From positions 832,001 to 896,000 of the forward strand of contig CAVVCZ010000004.1 in NCBI GenBank assembly GCA_963746845.1: a stretch of DNA of 64,000 bases, written 5' to 3'. Shown in pieces: positions 51,828 to 62,013 of the stretch. The stretch's first letter is position 1. Every line of letters starts with the position of its first letter. The notes beneath the pieces are model-generated. The model did no database searches. It worked only from the letters and a program-made list of their open reading frames with translations, and had not been told where the DNA came from. Source of the stretch: an uncultured Chloroflexia bacterium. Lineage in GTDB: Bacteria > Chloroflexota > Limnocylindria > Limnocylindrales > CSP1-4. The translations under genes were made by a program, and so were the position numbers.

Positions 51828-54302
51828 TCAGAGCAGGCTGTCCGGGTCCACGTCGACCGACCACGGCGGCTCCAGGCCGCCGTCGAGGAGGGTCCGCGGG
51901 TCCGTGCCGCGCAGCACCAGGTTCCAGCGCCAGCGGTCGGCGCGGCGGGCGATGTAGGCCGGCGCGGGCCCGAGGACCACGACGTCGCTCCGGCGCTCGG
52001 TCGCCCGGTCGCGGAGGCGCACCGCCATCTCGCCGGCCTCGCGCTCGGCCGCGTCGCGGTCCACGAGGCCGACTGTCAGCTTCACGAGGGCCCCGAACGG
52101 CGGTGACCCGAACCGGCGGCGGAGATCGAGCTCGCTGTCGTGGAAGGCCGCGGCGTCGTCGGTCGCGACCGCCTGGATCGCCGGGTGGTCCGGCTGGTAC
52201 GACTGGATGATCGCGAGACCGGGCCGGTCGCCGCGACCGGCCCGGCCCGCCGCCTGGGCGAGGAGCTGGTAGGTCCGCTCCGCCGCCCGCTCGTCGGGCA
52301 GGTTGAGGGCCACGTCCGCGGACACCACGCCGACGAGCGTCACCGCCGGGATGTCCAGCCCCTTCGTCACGAGGCTCGTCCCGACGAGGATGTCCAGCGC
52401 CCCGCCGGAGAACGCGTCGATGACCCGTTCCGCGGCGCCACGGCGCTCCACCACATCGCGATCCAGGCGCCCGACCCGCAGCGCCGGGAACCGCCGTCGG
52501 ACCTCCTCCTCGACGCGTTGCGTGCCGCCGCCGAGGTAGCGGATCCGCGGCGACGAGCAATTCGGGCAGCGCGTCGCGATGGGCGTGGCGCGGCCACAGT
52601 GATGGCAGCGGAGGGTCGTGCCGGCCTGGTGATAGACGAGCGGCCGCTCGCACTCCGGGCAGGTCTGGACGTGACCGCAGTCCCGGCACAGGACCACCGA
52701 CGCGGTCCCGCGGCGGTTGATCGTGAGGATCGCCTGGTCGCCCCCGGCGAGGTCCAGGCCCCGGATCGCCTCGACGAGGCGGCCGGACAGGAGGCCGCGG
52801 TTGCCGGCCTTCAGCTCCTCCCGGAGGTCGACGACCTCGACCCGGGGCCGGGCGCCGGTCGGGCGCGACGGCAGGACCACCCGCCGGTAGCGGCCATCCC
52901 TCGCCCGGCCGATGGACTCGATCGCCGGGGTCGCGCTCCCGAGGACGATCGCCGCGCCGGCCAGCTCCGCGAGCCGGACTGCCGTGTCGCGTGCCTGGAG
53001 CCGTGGCGTGCGATCGCTCTTGTAGGCCGCGTCGTGCTCCTCGTCGACCACGATCAGCCCCACATCCGCCAGCGGCGCGACGACCGCCAGCCGTGTCCCG
53101 ACGACCACGTCGACGTCGCCATTCCGGATGCGCCGCCACTCATCCGCGCGCTCGCCCTCCCCGAGCCCCGAGTGGAGCAGGGCGACGCGGACGTCGAGGT
53201 CCGCACGCAACCGGTCGACCAGGGGCAGGGCCAGGGCGATCTCCGGGACGAGGACCAGGGCGGGCCGGCCCCGCTCGAGCGACGCGACGATTGCCTCGAC
53301 GTAGATCGCGGTCTTCCCGCCGCCGGTGACACCGTCGAGGAGGACGGGCCGTGAGTCGCCCGCGACGACCGCGTCCCGCACGACCGTGACGGCCTCCGCC
53401 TGCGCGTCGGTCAGCACGCTGTCCGGCGGTCGACCGCCGCGCAGCCCGACCGGGCGCGTCGCGAGGGGCCGGCGCGGACGCTCCCGGATGTCGATGTCGA
53501 TCAGCCCGCGTCGCGCGAGGGACGCCAGCGCACCCGTTCCGTGACGATCGCCCAGCGGCGCGCCCGCCAGCCCGGGACCCGCCGGATCCGGCGCGTCCCC
53601 GCGGAGCTCGGCGAGGACGGCGAGCTGACGCGGGCCGAGGGGTCGGCCGTCGACGGCTCTGCCCGCCTCCGCCGCCTCGGCCGCCGCGACGCCCGCCGGC
53701 GTCAGGCGGACCCAGCGTTCGTAGCGCGGACCCGCACCGACGGCGAGCAGCGTCCAGTCGAGCGTCACGAGGTCCCGATCGGCGAGGGTGCGCAGGCGGC
53801 GGATCAACCCGGCCCGGCCCTCCGCGGAGACAAGGTCGCGGACCGGCCGCTGGCCGCGCGCCAGCTGGTCCAGGAGGTCGCGGTCGCCGGCCGCGAGGTC
53901 CGCCGACGCCGCGACGGCCGTCCGCTCGGCGAGCAGCTCCAGCCGCTCGAGCAGCCCGGGCGGCAGCATCGCCCGGATGACGATCGCGGGCGGCGCGAGA
54001 TAGTGGTCGGCGATCCACTCCGCGAGGCGCAGGGACAGGGGCGGGAGGAGCGGTCCGTCGGCTCGGACACGCGAGGCGATCGGCTTGGCGACGATCCCCT
54101 CGGGCGGCGGCGCATCGCCGAGGACGACGGCGACCGCCTGTCGCCGGCCGAACTCGACCAGCACGGCCTCGCCGGCCGCGAGATCGGCGAGCTCGGGCGG
54201 GACGACGTACGTGTAGCGACGGACGCCCGCCCCTCCGGCGGCGTCGATCGCGACCGCGACATGGCGCGCGGCCGACGTCGGGACGTCGAGCAACGCGTCC
54301 AC
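51828..54302 (-). CDS. priA: Primosomal protein N' (PriA)
   Basis: GVTGGGKT, DEEHD, GSATP, four CxxC motifs, Q.AGRAGR. Confidence 0.97.
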   Translation of the reverse strand: MDALLDVPTSAARHVAVAIDAAGGAGVRRYTYVVPPELADLAAGEAVLVEFGRRQAVAVVLGDAPPPEGIVAKPIASRVRADGPLLPPLSLRLAEWIADHYLAPPAIVIRAMLPPGLLERLELLAERTAVAASADLAAGDRDLLDQLARGQRPVRDLVSAEGRAGLIRRLRTLADRDLVTLDWTLLAVGAGPRYERWVRLTPAGVAAAEAAEAGRAVDGRPLGPRQLAVLAELRGDAPDPAGPGLAGAPLGDRHGTGALASLARRGLIDIDIRERPRRPLATRPVGLRGGRPPDSVLTDAQAEAVTVVRDAVVAGDSRPVLLDGVTGGGKTAIYVEAIVASLERGRPALVLVPEIALALPLVDRLRADLDVRVALLHSGLGEGERADEWRRIRNGDVDVVVGTRLAVVAPLADVGLIVVDEEHDAAYKSDRTPRLQARDTAVRLAELAGAAIVLGSATPAIESIGRARDGRYRRVVLPSRPTGARPRVEVVDLREELKAGNRGLLSGRLVEAIRGLDLAGGDQAILTINRRGTASVVLCRDCGHVQTCPECERPLVYHQAGTTLRCHHCGRATPIATRCPNCSSPRIRYLGGGTQRVEEEVRRRFPALRVGRLDRDVVERRGAAERVIDAFSGGALDILVGTSLVTKGLDIPAVTLVGVVSADVALNLPDERAAERTYQLLAQAAGRAGRGDRPGLAIIQSYQPDHPAIQAVATDDAAAFHDSELDLRRRFGSPPFGALVKLTVGLVDRDAAEREAGEMAVRLRDRATERRSDVVVLGPAPAYIARRADRWRWNLVLRGTDPRTLLDGGLEPPWSVDVDPDSLL

Positions 54303-54310
54303 GGCTCGCC

Positions 54311-55054
54311 TCAGACGCGGACGCGGCGGTCCGCGTGGATCCGATGCTGCTCGGCGATGATCGCCTCGATCTTGGCGGCGGTCTGCTCGACCTGGTCGGT
54401 CTCGTTGGTCACGACCTCGTCGTAGTCGCCCTGCCGCGCCAGCTCGAGGGCCGCGTTCCGCTGACGCAGCTCGAGCTCGTCGGCGGTCTCGGTCGCCCGC
54501 GCCCGGAGCCGCTCGAAGAGCTCGGTCATCGACGGCGGGATCACGAAGATCAGGAGCGCCTGCGTCACCTGCTCCTTGACGACCTGGGCGCCCTGGACGT
54601 CGATCTTCAGGATCACGTCCTTGCCGGTGGCGAGGGCCGCCCGGACCTGGTCGCGCGGCGAGCCGTACCAGTTGCCGTGGACCTCGTTCGCCTCGAGGAA
54701 GCCGCGCGCCTCGCGGATCCGGAGGAACTCGTCGCGGCTGACGAAGTGGTAGTCCTCGCCGTCGACCTCGCCCGATCGCGGCGCCCGGGTCGTGATGGTC
54801 ACCACGTAATGACGCCGGTCCGCACGGCCGGTCGCCTGCTCGTTGCGGCGCATGGCTTCGATGATCGTGTCCTTGCCGACCCCGGACGGCCCCGAGATGA
54901 TGATCAGCATCGCCCCGGGCGCACCGTCGATCGTGTAGTCCGGCCGGCCCGGATCGTCGGAGACGTGGCCGTCGCCGTCGATCGCGTCGGCCGGCAGCGT
55001 CAGCTCGGGCGTCGCGGCGCGGCGCGGGTCGTCCATGGGCAGCTCCCCGCTCAT
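54311..55054 (-). CDS. gmk: Guanylate kinase (N-terminal extension, start uncertain)
   Basis: SGPSGVGKDT, TTRAPR.GEVDG.DYHF, YGSP, IDVQGA. Confidence 0.95.
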   Translation of the reverse strand: MSGELPMDDPRRAATPELTLPADAIDGDGHVSDDPGRPDYTIDGAPGAMLIIISGPSGVGKDTIIEAMRRNEQATGRADRRHYVVTITTRAPRSGEVDGEDYHFVSRDEFLRIREARGFLEANEVHGNWYGSPRDQVRAALATGKDVILKIDVQGAQVVKEQVTQALLIFVIPPSMTELFERLRARATETADELELRQRNAALELARQGDYDEVVTNETDQVEQTAAKIEAIIAEQHRIHADRRVRV

Positions 55055-56037
55055 CGACGGCCGTCCGGTCCGGCGAGGTCGTTCGGGCCGGCGCGGAGCC
55101 CGACGAGGACGCGTTCCAGCTCGTCGGGGAGCGGCGCCTCCGCGCGGATCAGGCTCCCGTCGCTCGGCGAGGTCAGCTGGAGACGCCACGCGTGGAGGAA
55201 CAGGCGCTCGAGTGGCGCTCCGCCGGGTCCGGGTCGCGGGCCCTTGCGCGACGTCCCGGTCCCGTAGACCGGGTCGCCTGCCACGGGATGCCCGATCGCG
55301 TCGAGGTGGACCCGGATCTGGTGCGTCCGTCCGGTCACGAGGTCCAGCTCGAGGAGCGTCCAGCCCGCGTATCGCTCGCGGACCCGGTAGCCGGTCGTCG
55401 AGGCGCGGCCGTCCGGGACGATCGCCATGCGGGTCCGATGCTTCGGGTCGCGCCCGATCGGCGCTTCGATCCGGCCGACCTCGGCGGACACCTCGCCGAG
55501 GACGAGCGCGAGGTACGTCTTCTTGATCCGGCGCGCCTTGAGCTGGGCCATCAGCGAGTGCTGCGCGGCGTCGGTCCGGGCGACCATCAGCAGTCCGCTC
55601 GTGTCGCGGTCGAGACGATGGACGATGCCGGGCCGCTGGACGCCGGCGATGCCCCCGAACCCGCCGGGGCCGGCATGGGCGAGGAGCGCATTGACGAGCG
55701 TGTCGCCGGCGTGACCCGCGGACGGATGGACGACGAGCCCGGCCGGCTTGTCGACGATCAGCAGGTCGGCGTCCTCGTGGACGACGCGGACCGGGATGTC
55801 CGGCGCAGGGGTGAGGTCGAGCGGCTCCGGCTCCGGGACGACGAGCCGCAGCTCCGCGCCGGGGCCGATGACCGCATTCGCCTTCAGCGGCAGTCCGTCG
55901 GCGGTGAGGTTGCCGGCCGAGATCAGCTTCTGCACGTGACTCCGGGACAGGCCGGTGACGTCCGCGACGTACCGATCGACGCGCTGGAGCGCGGCGCCGG
56001 CCGGCACCTCGAGCGTGTGGGTGCCGGGTCCGGTCAT
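55051..56037 (-). CDS. rluD: RluA/RluD family pseudouridine synthase
   Basis: S4 domain, KPAGLVVHP, GIVHRLDRDTSG, TGRTHQIRVH, GDPVYG. Confidence 0.9.
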   Translation of the reverse strand: MTGPGTHTLEVPAGAALQRVDRYVADVTGLSRSHVQKLISAGNLTADGLPLKANAVIGPGAELRLVVPEPEPLDLTPAPDIPVRVVHEDADLLIVDKPAGLVVHPSAGHAGDTLVNALLAHAGPGGFGGIAGVQRPGIVHRLDRDTSGLLMVARTDAAQHSLMAQLKARRIKKTYLALVLGEVSAEVGRIEAPIGRDPKHRTRMAIVPDGRASTTGYRVRERYAGWTLLELDLVTGRTHQIRVHLDAIGHPVAGDPVYGTGTSRKGPRPGPGGAPLERLFLHAWRLQLTSPSDGSLIRAEAPLPDELERVLVGLRAGPNDLAGPDGRR

Positions 56038-56711
56038 GCCGTGGCCTCGGGTCCGCCCTGCGGCCCGACGGGCACGTCCTCGTCCCAGGGATCCTCCTCG
56101 CCCTCGGCGAGCGGCGTCGTCGGGCGCGGCTTCGGGCGGCCGGCCGTCGCCGACGCGGGGGCGGCGGGTCCCGCTGGGCCTTCGACGAGCGAAGGCCGGA
56201 GCGCGGCGATCAGCAGCAGGAGGATCGACAGGCTGATCGCGGAGTCGGCGATATTGAACGTGTAGAACCGCAGCGAGCCGATGCCGACGTCGACGAAGTC
56301 CACGACGTAGCCGAGGCGCAGCCGGTCGAGCATGTTCCCGACCGCTCCACCGAGGAGCAGCCCGAGCGTCACGGTCAGGTACGGGCTGACGCCGGCCCTC
56401 GCGTGATAGAAGACGATCAGGGCGATGACGGCGAGGGACACGATCCCGAACATCAGGGCGTTGTCCTTGAACAGGCCGAACAGGGCGCCGCTGTTCTGGC
56501 CGAACACGATCCGGACGTAGTCCCCGATCACCTGGATGATCTGGCCCGGGTCGAGGTTCGAGGTGACGGCCGCCTTGGCCAGCTGGTCGAGGATCACGAC
56601 GGCCGCCGCGAGCCCGAAGAAGACGATCCAGCGCGTCCTCGGCCCGAACCAGCCGCGGGCGGCCGGGGTCGCGACCGGCTGGGTCGTCGGGGTGCTCGTC
56701 GACTCGGTCAC
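56034..56711 (-). CDS. lspA: Lipoprotein signal peptidase
   Basis: LDQLAK, NSGALFG, GGAVGNMLDRL, VVDF, FNIADS. Confidence 0.95.
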   Translation of the reverse strand: MTESTSTPTTQPVATPAARGWFGPRTRWIVFFGLAAAVVILDQLAKAAVTSNLDPGQIIQVIGDYVRIVFGQNSGALFGLFKDNALMFGIVSLAVIALIVFYHARAGVSPYLTVTLGLLLGGAVGNMLDRLRLGYVVDFVDVGIGSLRFYTFNIADSAISLSILLLLIAALRPSLVEGPAGPAAPASATAGRPKPRPTTPLAEGEEDPWDEDVPVGPQGGPEATA

Positions 56712-59700
56712 GAGGCAGCTCCAGACACCCGGCGAAGCGCGATCGTCGCCGACCCCGCCGTCAGGTCCACGGTCGCGGTCGCCTCGGCCGCCCCGTCGGG
56801 CGGCGACGACCGATGCGCGACGTCGGCCAGGGTCTCGTCGGCGACGGACGCGAGGTGCGCCGCGACGTCCTCGCCGAGCCCGTCGACCCACAGCTCGATC
56901 CGGTCGTCGAGGGCCAGCCCCGCATCCTTCCGCAGGTCCTGGATCGCCCGCTGGAGCTCCCGCGCGTCGCCCTCGGCGACGAGCTCGGGAGTCAACGTCG
57001 TGTCGATGATCGCGACCAGCCCGTCGTCGTGGGCAACCGCCGTCCCGGGCCGTGGCGTCGCCTGGATCTCGACCTCGTCGGGCCCCAGGGTCTCGCCCTC
57101 GATCGTCACCGAGCCGTCCGGGTGGATCTCGAACCGGCCCTCGCGGGCTGCCGTCATCACGGCCGGGATCATCGACCCGAGCCGCTTGCCGACCCGGGGC
57201 AGCAGGACCTTCACGCCGCGGTCCACGAGCTCGGACTCGTCGCCGATCAGCTCGACCGCCTTCACGTTCGCCTCGTCCCGGATCAGCACCAGCAGGGCGT
57301 CGCGCTCGGCGAGCGTGCCGCCGGGGAGCGCGAGCCACAGCCGCGCCAGCGGCTGGCGGACCTTCAGCCCCGCCTGCCCGCGGAGCGTCCGCGACAGGTC
57401 GACGGCTCGACGCGCCACCGACACGGCCGCCTCGAGCCGCGGATCGCGCAGCGGGGCGATCTCCGCGGCCGGCCACGCGGTCAGGTGGACGCTGTCGGGC
57501 GCCGCGTCATCCACGGCGGTGACGAGGTTCGCGTGGATCGCATCCGCGAGGAACGGCAGGATCGGGGCCACCGTCCGGGCGATCGCCACGAGCGCGGCGT
57601 GGAGGGTCGCGAACGCCGCATCGCGGTCCGCTCCCGTGGCCCGCGACATCCGCCGCCGCGACAGGCGCAGGTACCACGTGGACAGGTCGTCGATGTACGT
57701 GTCGACGACCCGGGTCGCGGCCTCGGCATCGAAGTCGCGGAGGCGAACCTCGACCTCGGCCGCGACCGCCGCCGTCCGCGACAGGATCCAGCGGTCCAGC
57801 GCCGGGCGCTCGGCGACCGGTGGGGCGCCGGCGGCCGGCGTCCAGCCCGCGAGCCGGGCGTAGGTCGCGAAGAACGCGTAGACGTTCCACAGCACGAGGA
57901 GGCCGCGCCGGGCCTCGTCGGCCGCATGCCACCCGAAGAGGATGTTCTCCTCGGGCTTGTGCCGCGCGTACATCCAGCGCATGACGTCGACGCCCATCCG
58001 CTCGGCGGCTTCGTCGAACTCGATGGCGTTGCCCCAGCTCTTGTGCATCGGGCGGCCGTCCTCGCCGAACAGCGTCGCGTACCCGAACAGCGTCCTGAAC
58101 GGCGCCTCGCGGCGGAGCACCGTCGACATCGCGAGCATCGCGTAGAACCAGTTCCGGAACTGGCCCGGGAAGCTCTCGGTGACGAAGTCGACGGGGAACC
58201 ACTTCGCCCAGTACTCGGGATCCTCCCGGAAGTGGATCGTCGAGAACGGGACGATCCCCGCGTCCAGCCACGGGTTGCCGACGTCGGGGATGCGCGCGAC
58301 CGGCTCGCCGCACGACGGGCAGGCGACCTTCACCGCGTCCACGAACGGACGATGCGGCGTGTGCCCTTCGAACTCGTCCCATCCCTCGATCGCCCGTTCC
58401 CGAAGCTCCTCACGTCCGCCGATGACGTCGAACGTCCCGCAGGCGCGGCAGTCGTAGATCGGCAGGGCCAGGCCGTAGTAGCGCTTCTTGGAGATCATCC
58501 AGTCGCGCATGTTCAGCAGCCAGTCGAGCTCGCGCTCGTAGCCGAATGACGGGATCCACCGGATCCCGTCGACGACCTCCATGATCTGGTAGCGAAGGCT
58601 GGCATCGACCTGGGCCTTCGTCAGCGTCTCCCGCGGCTGGTCGTAGACCGCGCCCATGCTGATGTACCACTCGTCGACCAGGCGGAACAACAGCGGCGTG
58701 TCACACCGCCAACAATGCGGGTAGCGATGGCTGTACGCCTCGAGGTGGTAGAAGAACCGCCGCCGCTCGAGGTCGTCGATGATCGCCTCGGTGATCGCGG
58801 GCGCCTCGCGCCCCGCCAGCCAGCCAAACGTCGGGTAGTAGCGCCCGTCCTCGTCGATCGGCCCGATGACCGGGAGCGACAGCGACAGGCCGAGCGCGAA
58901 GTCCTCGGCGCCGCAGCCGGGGGCGATGTGGACGATGCCGGTCCCCTCCTCCTCTCCGACCTCGGACCACGCCACGACGCGGTGCTCGTAGCCGGTCTCG
59001 GCGAACGCGTCGCGCACCGCCGGCAGGTCATCGAACGGACCCGCGTAGCGCCAGCCGACGAGCTCGGAGCCCGCGCGCTCCTCGACGACCCGGAAGTCGC
59101 CCTGGAGCACCTGCTTGAGCGTTCCCCGGCTGAGCCAGAACGCCTCGTCGCCCTGCTGGACCTTGACGTAGCGGAGGTCGGGCCCGACCGCGGCGGCGAC
59201 GTTGGCCGCCAGCGTCCACGGGGTCGTCGTCCAGACGAGCAGCGACTCGCCCGGACGGTCCAGGAGCGGGAGCCGCACGGTGAGCCCGGGGTCCTCGCGG
59301 TCCTGATAGCCCTCGTTCATCTCCATCTGCGACAGGCCGGTGCCGCAGCGCGGGCACCACGGCATCGTGTCGTGCCCGCGGTAGATCCAGCCACGCCGGT
59401 GGCACTCGGCGAGGAAGCCCCAGATGAGGTCGTTGTTCTCGTTGCTGAACGTGAAGTAGCTGCCCCCGACGTCCGGCATCCCGAGCCGCCCCACCACCAT
59501 CTCGGCGGTGTCGGTCAGGGTTCCTTCGGGGCCCTCGATCGTCACCTCGCGGGCCGGGTCGGCCGCGAGCGCGTCGCGCAGGCGGAGGAGCTCCACCGGG
59601 TCGTTCCAGTCCATCCAGTAGCCGAGCCGGATGCTCTGCTCGGTCTGGCGGGCGGCGAACGTGAGCACACGCTGCTTGCACAGGCTCACGAACTCGGCGA

Positions 59701-60037
59701 TCCCGTAGGCCTCGATGTCGCGCTTGCTGGTGAACCCGAGGTCGCGCTCGACGTTGACCTCGACCCACAGGCCCTGGCAGTCGAAGCCGTTCTGGTAGCG
59801 CTGGTCCTCGCCGAGCATCGCGTGGAAGCGCTGGTAGAGATCCTTGTACGTGCGACCCCAGGCGTGATGGACGCCCATCGGGTTGTTGGCGGTGATCGGC
59901 CCGTCGAGGAAGCTCCAGCGCGGGCCGCCGGCGTTCTGCGCGCGGAGCCGGGCGAACGTCCGGCGGTCGCGCCACTCGGCAAGGATCTCGTGCTCCTGGG
60001 CGACGAGGTCGGGCTTCGCGTTGACAGGTCGGAACAT
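56708..60037 (-). CDS. ileS: Isoleucine--tRNA ligase, type 2 (GVHH / MHKS signatures)
   Basis: FLDGPITANNPMGVHH, GFDCQGL.VE, WTTTPWTL, GTGIVHIAP, YPHCWRC, DWMIS..RY, MHKS.GN, WYLRLSRRR. Confidence 0.96.
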   Translation of the reverse strand: MFRPVNAKPDLVAQEHEILAEWRDRRTFARLRAQNAGGPRWSFLDGPITANNPMGVHHAWGRTYKDLYQRFHAMLGEDQRYQNGFDCQGLWVEVNVERDLGFTSKRDIEAYGIAEFVSLCKQRVLTFAARQTEQSIRLGYWMDWNDPVELLRLRDALAADPAREVTIEGPEGTLTDTAEMVVGRLGMPDVGGSYFTFSNENNDLIWGFLAECHRRGWIYRGHDTMPWCPRCGTGLSQMEMNEGYQDREDPGLTVRLPLLDRPGESLLVWTTTPWTLAANVAAAVGPDLRYVKVQQGDEAFWLSRGTLKQVLQGDFRVVEERAGSELVGWRYAGPFDDLPAVRDAFAETGYEHRVVAWSEVGEEEGTGIVHIAPGCGAEDFALGLSLSLPVIGPIDEDGRYYPTFGWLAGREAPAITEAIIDDLERRRFFYHLEAYSHRYPHCWRCDTPLLFRLVDEWYISMGAVYDQPRETLTKAQVDASLRYQIMEVVDGIRWIPSFGYERELDWLLNMRDWMISKKRYYGLALPIYDCRACGTFDVIGGREELRERAIEGWDEFEGHTPHRPFVDAVKVACPSCGEPVARIPDVGNPWLDAGIVPFSTIHFREDPEYWAKWFPVDFVTESFPGQFRNWFYAMLAMSTVLRREAPFRTLFGYATLFGEDGRPMHKSWGNAIEFDEAAERMGVDVMRWMYARHKPEENILFGWHAADEARRGLLVLWNVYAFFATYARLAGWTPAAGAPPVAERPALDRWILSRTAAVAAEVEVRLRDFDAEAATRVVDTYIDDLSTWYLRLSRRRMSRATGADRDAAFATLHAALVAIARTVAPILPFLADAIHANLVTAVDDAAPDSVHLTAWPAAEIAPLRDPRLEAAVSVARRAVDLSRTLRGQAGLKVRQPLARLWLALPGGTLAERDALLVLIRDEANVKAVELIGDESELVDRGVKVLLPRVGKRLGSMIPAVMTAAREGRFEIHPDGSVTIEGETLGPDEVEIQATPRPGTAVAHDDGLVAIIDTTLTPELVAEGDARELQRAIQDLRKDAGLALDDRIELWVDGLGEDVAAHLASVADETLADVAHRSSPPDGAAEATATVDLTAGSATIALRRVSGAAS

Positions 60038-60183
60038 CGGGCCTCGGACTGGGGCGGAACCAGGGGTCGGGACGGTGAGCGGCCGATCGGTCGACGGGAG
60101 CCGGCCGGCCACGCCCCAGGGGTCCGGACGGCGCCCGGCGGGTTCCGGCGCCGGTTGCGGGGTGTCCGGGTATCCTACCCGCG

Positions 60184-62013
60184 ATGCAGCGCTCGCAGGA
60201 GTCGCGGCCGCGGGCGAAGTCTCCCTTCGTCGCCGCGTTCCTCTCGCTCCTCTTCCCGGGTCTCGGACATGCCTATGCCGGCGCGTATCAGCGCGCCCTC
60301 GGCTTCGCGGCGCCGCTGGTCCTCGTCATGGCCCTCGTGGCCGGCCTCCTGCTCCGGATGGACGCGCCGCAGCTGATTGCGTTCGTCCTGACCCCGTGGG
60401 TCCTGCCGGGGGTCTTCGTGGTCAACCTCGTCCTGCTGATCTACCGGCTCGTCGCGATCGTCGATGCCTACCGCGTGACGATCTGGCTCAACGCCCTGGC
60501 CGCCAACGCCGGCGGACGCCTGGGCAAACCGCGGCTCGTGTTCCACCCGTTGTCGCTCGCGGGCCTGTTCGCCGTCCTGCTCGTGATGTCCGGCGCCCAC
60601 GTCGTCGTCGCCCGGTACGACCTGCTCGCGCTCGGCGCGCTCAACGATCCGTGCATCTTCGTCAGCGACCAGACGCCGGACACCTGCTCGGCCGATTCGT
60701 CGTCGCCGTCCGGCTCGGGCGCGGGCTCGAGCTCGGCGGGGCCGACCGATGAACCGGCCGACTCGCCGACGCCGACGGACACGCCCCCACCGATCCAGGG
60801 CTCGGACCTGCCGGACGCGACGATCCCGCCGTGGGACGGGACCGACCGCCTGAACATCCTGCTCATCGGCTCGGATCAGCGGCCCGGCGACGGGACCTAC
60901 AACACGGACACGCTGATCGTCGTCTCGATCGACCCGACGACCAAGCAGGTCGCGATGTTCAGCCTCCCGCGCGACTCGACGAACATCCCGCTGCCGCCCG
61001 GACCGTTGTCGAACGCGTATGGCGGCGTCTACGACCGGAAGATCAACTCGCTCTTCACCGCGACCCGCAACCGCGCCGACCTCGTTCCGGGCACGAGCCG
61101 GACGCGCGGCTACAACGCCCTGAAGATGGTCCTCGGCAACCTCTACCACCTCGACATCAAGTACTTCGTCGAGGTGAACTTCACGGGGTTCAAGCGGGTC
61201 GTCGACGCCATGGGCGGCGTGACGATCAACGTCCAGGTCCCGGTCCTCGACGACAACTACCCGAGCGACACGGGGCGGTCGGCGCGGGTCTACATCCCCG
61301 CCGGGATCCAGCACATGACCGGCGCCGAGGCGCTGGTGTACGCCCGGTCGCGGCACGGCTCGGACGATTTCGACCGCGGGGCTCGACAGCAGCGCGTTCT
61401 GACCTCGCTCCGGGAGCAGGCGAACGTGGGCCAGCTGATCCCGCGCATCCCGGACCTGCTCACCGCCCTGAAGTCGACCGTCAAGACGGACATCCCGCAG
61501 GACCAGCTGGCCAAGCTCGCCGGGCTCGCGAGCACCGTGGACACGAAGAACATCCGGTCGTACGTGTTCTCGTATCCGCGCTTCGGCTCGCAGGTCCTCG
61601 CCCCGATCTACAAGTACCTGCCCGACGTCACGAAGATCCGGAGCGCGGTCGCCAACGCGTTCAAGGTCGACCCGCAGCTCGAGGACACGCGGTCGGCGAT
61701 GGCCGACGAGAACGCGTCGATCTGGATCCTCGACGGCAGCGGCCGGGGCCAGGGCGCGAGCATGGTGGGGTATCTCGCCTACTACGGGCTGAGCGCATCC
61801 GCGCCGACCACCAAGCCGAAGACGACCGGCCTCAGCGGGACCCAGATCGTCGTGTACAACGGCGCCGAGACCGACCTGACCGACACGATCGCGTTCCTCG
61901 AGGACACGTTCAAGACGAAGGTCGTCCTGAAGGACGATCCGACGGTGCCCGTGGACATCGTCATCACGACGACGAGCAGCACCAAGACCCTGACGCCGCC
62001 GCCGACCAGCTAG
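60184..62013 (+). CDS. LCP (LytR-CpsA-Psr) family cell-wall glycopolymer ligase with N-terminal TM segments and a LytR_C-like domain
   Basis: LNILLIGSD.R, NTDTLIV, SLPRD, KINS, VDAMGGV, YARSRH..DDFDR..RQQ. Confidence 0.93.
   Translation: MQRSQESRPRAKSPFVAAFLSLLFPGLGHAYAGAYQRALGFAAPLVLVMALVAGLLLRMDAPQLIAFVLTPWVLPGVFVVNLVLLIYRLVAIVDAYRVTIWLNALAANAGGRLGKPRLVFHPLSLAGLFAVLLVMSGAHVVVARYDLLALGALNDPCIFVSDQTPDTCSADSSSPSGSGAGSSSAGPTDEPADSPTPTDTPPPIQGSDLPDATIPPWDGTDRLNILLIGSDQRPGDGTYNTDTLIVVSIDPTTKQVAMFSLPRDSTNIPLPPGPLSNAYGGVYDRKINSLFTATRNRADLVPGTSRTRGYNALKMVLGNLYHLDIKYFVEVNFTGFKRVVDAMGGVTINVQVPVLDDNYPSDTGRSARVYIPAGIQHMTGAEALVYARSRHGSDDFDRGARQQRVLTSLREQANVGQLIPRIPDLLTALKSTVKTDIPQDQLAKLAGLASTVDTKNIRSYVFSYPRFGSQVLAPIYKYLPDVTKIRSAVANAFKVDPQLEDTRSAMADENASIWILDGSGRGQGASMVGYLAYYGLSASAPTTKPKTTGLSGTQIVVYNGAETDLTDTIAFLEDTFKTKVVLKDDPTVPVDIVITTTSSTKTLTPPPTS

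Noticed and set aside
60038-60183. T-box riboswitch upstream of ileS
   Set aside because: The region is short, is shared with the divergent LCP promoter, and has no recognisable T-box (GGTGGNACCGCG) sequence.
526-60376. Many long + strand ORFs (for example 526-2373, 27556-31737, 36660-39527) and off-frame minus-strand ORFs rich in Arg/Pro/Gly
   Set aside because: These are antisense or alternate-frame shadows of GC3-biased real genes. They carry no recognisable motifs and fully overlap confidently identified genes.
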